A stretch of 62,271 bases of DNA, filler included. It is 6 parts of 6 records of this genome, joined end to end, with 100 filler letters (N's around TTAATTAATTAA, not from the genome) between each part and the next. Parts side by side here need not be neighbours in the genome. Positions count along the whole stretch, not along the records: positions 52,642 to 58,319 come from SRR33789315_46; positions 58,420 to 62,271 come from SRR33789315_67; 4 more parts are not named here. One strand, written 5' to 3'. Within the stretch, counting starts at the first letter, position 1. Each line of letters starts with the position of its first letter. The translations under genes were made by a program, and so were the position numbers. Positions 57,754-62,271 of this stretch are shown piece by piece. The notes under the pieces were generated by a model. It did not search any database. It was given only the letters and a program-made list of their open reading frames with translations, and was not told where the DNA came from.

Positions 57754-58182
57754 ATGACACTACGTGAATACATTTTTAGTTTGTCTCAATTTTATCGAGT
57801 CAATATTAGATCAGCAGTTAATGCCAGTGAGTTAGGCTTAAACGGCATGCATGTACGCTGCATGTTTATTATTGGCAAAACCAAGGAATGTACTGCGAAT
57901 GATATGGTCAAGCAGATGGGGCGTGATAAGGCGCAGATTGCTCGACTAGTAAAAGAGATGCTTGAAAAGGGCTGGATAGTAAAGCAAGCCAGTGAGATAG
58001 ATAAACGCAGTCAAATATTGTCTTTGTCTAACACTGGGGCTGATTTACAACTAAAGATTAGTGTGCTTGAACAAAAACTAGAGAAACGCATTGTGGCAGG
58101 TTTGTCTACACAAGAAGTAAAAGAATTTCAGCGTATTTGTGCAAAAATGCTGGCCAATTTGGTTGAGCATAATGAGCCATAA
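57754..58182 (+). CDS. MarR-family regulator
   Basis: RDKAQIARLVKEM..KGWI, DKRSQILSL. Confidence 0.9.
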   Translation: MTLREYIFSLSQFYRVNIRSAVNASELGLNGMHVRCMFIIGKTKECTANDMVKQMGRDKAQIARLVKEMLEKGWIVKQASEIDKRSQILSLSNTGADLQLKISVLEQKLEKRIVAGLSTQEVKEFQRICAKMLANLVEHNEP

Positions 58183-58289
58183 GTGTTCGCTAGGACTACA
58201 AAGAATCTAGGCGTTTAGATTTTGATAATAAGTTTGGGCATTATATTATGTAGTTTGTATTGACCTTGCCACTATCACCAAAGAATTTA

Positions 58290-58319
58290 TAAAAGTTAAA
58301 AGTTAAAAGTTAAAAGTTA
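58290..58319. repeat. Heptamer tandem repeat (TAAAAGT)n at the contig end
   Basis: Four full copies plus TA run into the linker; likely cause of the assembly break. Confidence 0.8.
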
Positions 58320-58419
58320 NNNNNNNNNNNNNNNNNNNNNNNNNNNNNNNNNNNNNNNNNNNNTTAATTAATTAANNNNNNNNNNNNNNNNNNNNNNNNN
58401 NNNNNNNNNNNNNNNNNNN
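58320..58419. other. Artificial contig linker
   Basis: N44-TTAATTAATTAA-N44. Confidence 0.98.
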
Positions 58420-58433
58420 ACGCATAGCTACCA
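58420..58433 (+). tRNA. 3' end of tRNA-Met(CAT) or of an att duplicate (fragment)
   Basis: ACGCATAGCTACCA ends in CCA and is followed by a terminator. ACG completes the T-stem CGTGG-TTCAAAT-[CC]ACG begun at the other end of the contig. Confidence 0.7.
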
Positions 58434-58441
58434 TAAAAATC

Positions 58442-58474
58442 AAGGGCTTAGCAGAAATGCTAAGCCCTTTTTTT
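58442..58474 (+). terminator. Rho-independent terminator after the tRNA 3' end
   Basis: AAGGGCTTAGCA-GAAA-TGCTAAGCCCTT followed by a T run. Confidence 0.9.
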
Positions 58475-58771
58475 ATGAATTCCAATAACCTAAAAACAAT
58501 CCGTTCCCCCTTCCCACGCAGTTCTAGCGAAAAAAACTGTAATTACGATGTATTCAAGATTAGACTCCCGTCAATCTCCTAATTTCATACGGATGAAATG
58601 CATCCTTTTGGTGTCTTCTGGAATAAAGAAAAACTCAAAGCCAAATTCCAATCATCGTCTGAATAATAATTAAAACTGAAAATATTTACATTCAACCTAA
58701 AACTGCCGCTGGTCGCTGATAAGTGCTAGATTCACGAAAGCAACTAAATTTAAAAACGAGAAAATTTTCAT

Positions 58772-61700
58772 ATGCCACACATTACTGTCCTATCTGAAAT
58801 CTCATTTTTGGAAACACTTATAGCTGCCAATCTAGAACAACATAAACACGAGTCATTGACGAATATACGACTGGCCTTTTCCGATGTAATAGCCAGAATA
58901 GTTCCTACTAACGCTGGAGTTAAAGAAGATCTAGAACTATTTCTTCGCACTATGCCTGATAACGACAAGGAGTCTTCAAGATTAATAGGGACAATCCTAA
59001 TTAGGTATCTAAGTGTTGAAAGTGTAATTCCCAACAACTCCGAAAACAATGGAGTAGAATTTACAATTGTTAGTTTTTTAGAAAAAAACCTACCAGATTT
59101 TATGAAAAAATTTGGCGTTACAAACGCAAAACTATCATACGAAAAATTCAATATACTACGCGGCATCCACAACGAAATAGTACACCAATTTGACTCTTGG
59201 CTTACAATATCTCCAAATATAGAAGGACTGATTTCTAATAAAAATATATTTTTGAGAAGCATCAACTCACAAATACCTAAAGCATATCTAAGCGCGTTTG
59301 GAATCGGTAGAGTTTCATCGAGCGTAAACGAATTATTCGAACATTTGGAGATAGTTTCAAAAAAAGATGAGAATTTTCATGAAACTATTGAAAAGATAAA
59401 AACCATAACAGAGCTACAGAAGGATTATTTAAAAAATAATAGAAATTTTTTTAATGACACTTACTATTCTAGTTTCATACATAAAATTCAAGAAGCGACT
59501 AACAAACTTGAAAAAGAGTCTTTTGATATATTTAGATGCGACATTAGCCCAGTAAGCCAACAACCCTATATAGCTTCCAAAAAATATCCACTACAAGAAG
59601 TAGGAAGAGAGTTTTTAATAAGAATTCCATTACAAAATACAGGACCAGGACTAGCAAAAGACGTTGAAATTCATTTTTTCGAAGAAGAAAAATCAAGCAT
59701 TTCACTGAATTCGAAACAGAATATCGGTAACATTCGCGCGGGCCTTTTTGAGATTGCAATCGAAGCTCTAATTTTAGAACCATCAACAGAGGCTAGCTTT
59801 GGGTTCATAATATCGTGGCGACAACAGAATTCACCAACACGAAAAGAGAGAACAGAAACTTGCATAATACAAGCACAAAAATCAGATATAGACTGGAATG
59901 AGCTAGCCTACGAAGAACCATACAGCACAGAAGTAGCAGAAGGAGATGAGTTTATTGGTCGATCCACTAAACTTGAATCACTGTTATCACGGTTATTGAA
60001 GGCAAAAATGCAATCTACCTACATAACTGGACAAAAGAGAGTTGGGAAAACATCTCTCGCAAAAGCTACGATAAGTCGACTAGAGAACCACTCACGCGGA
60101 AGTAAAATATCATCTCATTACGTTGAATGGGGAGAAGTAGCGAAACCAGACCCACAATCCGCTGTACAATCCCTAGGACTCAATATTGCACGATTTCTTA
60201 AAGAGAATTCCGATATCGATATCGATTTGGGAAATTTTGACTTCACCGGTAGCATTTCTTCACTAAATGAAATCGCAACCAAAATCAAAAAACTACAACC
60301 AGAATTAAAATTTTTAATCGTAATCGATGAATTCGATGAGATACATCCAGAAATGTATCGATACGGTCTTATCGCTGAGACTTTTTTTTCGAATTTGCGC
60401 ACGCTTAGCTCAAAACCCAACATAGGATTCATGCTCGTTGGGGGTGAAAACATGCCATTTGTCCTAAATGCCCAAGGAGACCAACTAAATAGATTCGTGT
60501 CTGAATCTGTAGATTATTTCTCTGAACTTGAATATACAGACTACGAAGAGCTCGTAAGAAAACCAACAAATCACACCTTAACTTGGTCTAATGGGGCGCT
60601 TAGAGAGTTATTTTATATTACAAACGGACATCCTTTTTATACAAAAATTATTTGCTCCCAAGTATTTGATACAGCCGTGCAAGAACGAGATGCAGAAATT
60701 ACAGAGCGTGAAATTAGCTTAGCATGTACTAAACTGTCGGAGGATCTTGATGTTAATAGTTTTGCACACCTTTGGCGAGATAGCATACAAAAAACTGAAG
60801 CAGAAGCTGAAAGTATAATATTGAATCGCTGTAGATGCTTAGTTTCTATAGGTATTTGTTTGCGAGAAGGTGCTAGATTAACAGCATCAAATATATACGA
60901 AAAAAAGAAATTTCAATTAATGGACAAGATTGAATTGAACTCTCACCTGAATGACTTTGTTAGAAGAAACATCCTAGTTGAGAATGGGGGTGAATTTTCT
61001 TTTAAAGTTCCGTTATTTGGAAAGTGGTTAGTTAATAAAGGTATTAGAATATTGATTTCCGATTTTATCGGCGATGAAATGGCCTCGGCAAAAATACTTT
61101 CTGATGAGAGACTTCGCGTAACTGAATCAGAAATAGAAAAACTTGCTCGGAGCTGGCACCCCTACAGAGGGCAAGAAATATCTACTGAGAAAATACGACA
61201 CTGGATCTGTCAAGTCGACTCTATAGAAGATCAAAGACTCCTTTTTAAAATATTGAGCCATGTAAAATTTTATAGCGAAATAGACATTAGGCAAAAACTA
61301 AAGATAGTTAGCGAATTCTTGAAAACCAAGATTCCAGTGAAAGTAATGACCTCAAAGCAAATGCAAAGGTCAGATATAATTATTTCTTATGCAGACGGAG
61401 AAGGGAAAAGTGGACAATACTACGCTTCGAAGTACGCCGATGAAAGTCGGTCACCTGCTCGCTGCATTATTCCAGAGGAGAATTTCACTGAGCGTGCGAT
61501 TCGTCACGAGCTTAAAGATGATGTTACGGTAAACGCGATAGTTTTCATAGATGATATAGCAGCGACGGGAAACACTCTTAGTGAAAACATTAAGAGATTT
61601 GTAGAGAAAAATGAAGAGTTTATTAAACAAAGATCACTACTTGTTCTTGTAGTAGCTTTAGTGGCCACACCTAAAGGCGAACAAAATGTAAATCGAGAGA

Positions 61701-62011
61701 TTCAGCGCCAATTAAAAAATGGTTTTAGTATAGAACTAAGGATATGCGAGCTACTTTCTAGCTCCCACATTTCATTCGGAGAAGATAATAAAAATTTTTG
61801 GGATGATGAAACAGAAATGGCAAAAGCTAGATCTCTCTGCCTTAGAATTGGAAGTAGCATTGCGAGCAAAGCACCTCTAGGCTATCAAGACTCTGGACTA
61901 CTTGTAGTCTTTCCTGACAGGTGCCCGAACAACAGCCTTCCAGTACTACACTCAAAATCTACTAAAGAGAAATTTCTATGGACACCGCTTTTTGAACGTC
62001 CATTGAAATAG
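58772..62011 (+). CDS. STAND-like P-loop NTPase fused to a C-terminal phosphoribosyltransferase-like (PRTase-CE) domain; putative defence protein
   Basis: FIGR, Walker A GQKRVGKTS, Walker B IVIDEFDE, TNGHPF (GxP). C-terminal GKSG, VFIDDIAATGNT (PRPP-binding loop), PLGY...PNNSLPVL...WTPLFER. Ig-like segment IPLQNTGPGLAKDV. Confidence 0.8.
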   Translation: MPHITVLSEISFLETLIAANLEQHKHESLTNIRLAFSDVIARIVPTNAGVKEDLELFLRTMPDNDKESSRLIGTILIRYLSVESVIPNNSENNGVEFTIVSFLEKNLPDFMKKFGVTNAKLSYEKFNILRGIHNEIVHQFDSWLTISPNIEGLISNKNIFLRSINSQIPKAYLSAFGIGRVSSSVNELFEHLEIVSKKDENFHETIEKIKTITELQKDYLKNNRNFFNDTYYSSFIHKIQEATNKLEKESFDIFRCDISPVSQQPYIASKKYPLQEVGREFLIRIPLQNTGPGLAKDVEIHFFEEEKSSISLNSKQNIGNIRAGLFEIAIEALILEPSTEASFGFIISWRQQNSPTRKERTETCIIQAQKSDIDWNELAYEEPYSTEVAEGDEFIGRSTKLESLLSRLLKAKMQSTYITGQKRVGKTSLAKATISRLENHSRGSKISSHYVEWGEVAKPDPQSAVQSLGLNIARFLKENSDIDIDLGNFDFTGSISSLNEIATKIKKLQPELKFLIVIDEFDEIHPEMYRYGLIAETFFSNLRTLSSKPNIGFMLVGGENMPFVLNAQGDQLNRFVSESVDYFSELEYTDYEELVRKPTNHTLTWSNGALRELFYITNGHPFYTKIICSQVFDTAVQERDAEITEREISLACTKLSEDLDVNSFAHLWRDSIQKTEAEAESIILNRCRCLVSIGICLREGARLTASNIYEKKKFQLMDKIELNSHLNDFVRRNILVENGGEFSFKVPLFGKWLVNKGIRILISDFIGDEMASAKILSDERLRVTESEIEKLARSWHPYRGQEISTEKIRHWICQVDSIEDQRLLFKILSHVKFYSEIDIRQKLKIVSEFLKTKIPVKVMTSKQMQRSDIIISYADGEGKSGQYYASKYADESRSPARCIIPEENFTERAIRHELKDDVTVNAIVFIDDIAATGNTLSENIKRFVEKNEEFIKQRSLLVLVVALVATPKGEQNVNREIQRQLKNGFSIELRICELLSSSHISFGEDNKNFWDDETEMAKARSLCLRIGSSIASKAPLGYQDSGLLVVFPDRCPNNSLPVLHSKSTKEKFLWTPLFERPLK

Positions 62012-62241
62012 AAATAGTCTTTAAGCGCATAAAAACTCTTAAAGATGTGACTTTATCATTTGAACACAGCGCGAAGGTATTTAAGTTTTTAGAATTTACT
62101 TCCTTAATTCTTCTACTTGCACTTTCATAATCTATCAAACATTATGTAAATTGATTTTCAAAATTTAGAATTCAAAATAGGGAATAGTGAATCTTAATTT
62201 TGAACTTAAACAGATATGCTGTCTTCTGAGTTTCGATCGAA

Positions 62242-62271
62242 ATTCATAATGCTGGGGTCCGTGGTTCAAAT
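62242..62271 (+). mobile_element. tRNA-Met 3'-half duplicate (att-like direct repeat)
   Basis: ATTCATAATGCTGGGGTCCGTGGTTCAAAT = anticodon loop (CAT), variable loop and T-arm. The upstream sequence (TTTCGATCGA) is not a tRNA 5' half. Confidence 0.75.

Noticed and set aside
58768-60453. Minus-strand ORFs inside the NTPase-PRTase gene, and similar antisense ORFs in the pst and rimK genes
   Set aside because: Shadow frames of well-supported genes.
1-62271. CRISPR array, rRNA, complete tRNA, transposase or phage structural genes
   Set aside because: No regularly spaced repeat-spacer array or such genes were seen; only tRNA-Met fragments at the ends of contig 6.

Overview
This window is not one locus. 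It is six unrelated contigs joined by artificial 100-nt linkers (44 N + TTAATTAATTAA + 44 N). Contig 1 (1-16406, Bacteroidota-like) carries pstSCAB, a D-2-hydroxyacid dehydrogenase, a papain-like lipoprotein and an integrase-less array of integron-like cassettes. One cassette is very large (about 7.2 kb) and has nested terminal inverted repeats. It encodes a tight four-gene operon: PLD-family nuclease/phosphodiesterase, SnoaL protein, glycyl-radical enzyme with no radical-SAM activase, and a DyP peroxidase-HAD phosphatase fusion. This operon is the best candidate for an undescribed system. Contig 2 (16507-46129, tentatively Bdellovibrionota/Bacteriovoracia-like) has RimK/ATP-grasp/peptidase genes, MscS channels, oxidative-stress genes (oxyR, ccp, dps, gpx), an AblB-like acetyltransferase facing a deacetylase-ABC operon, two stand-alone PqqD/RRE proteins and a DTW-2H phosphoesterase fusion. 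Contigs 3 and 5 (Alteromonadales-like: thrS; mltD-gloB-yafS plus a MarR/MFS/siderophore-reductase unit) and contig 4 (Bacteroidota: rpmH, carB) are mostly housekeeping. Contig 6 (58420-62271) is a single 1079-aa STAND-like NTPase-PRTase gene bracketed by pieces of a tRNA-Met 3' half, which looks like a minimal tRNA-targeted defence islet. All family and taxonomy calls come from motif recognition by eye; no searches were run.
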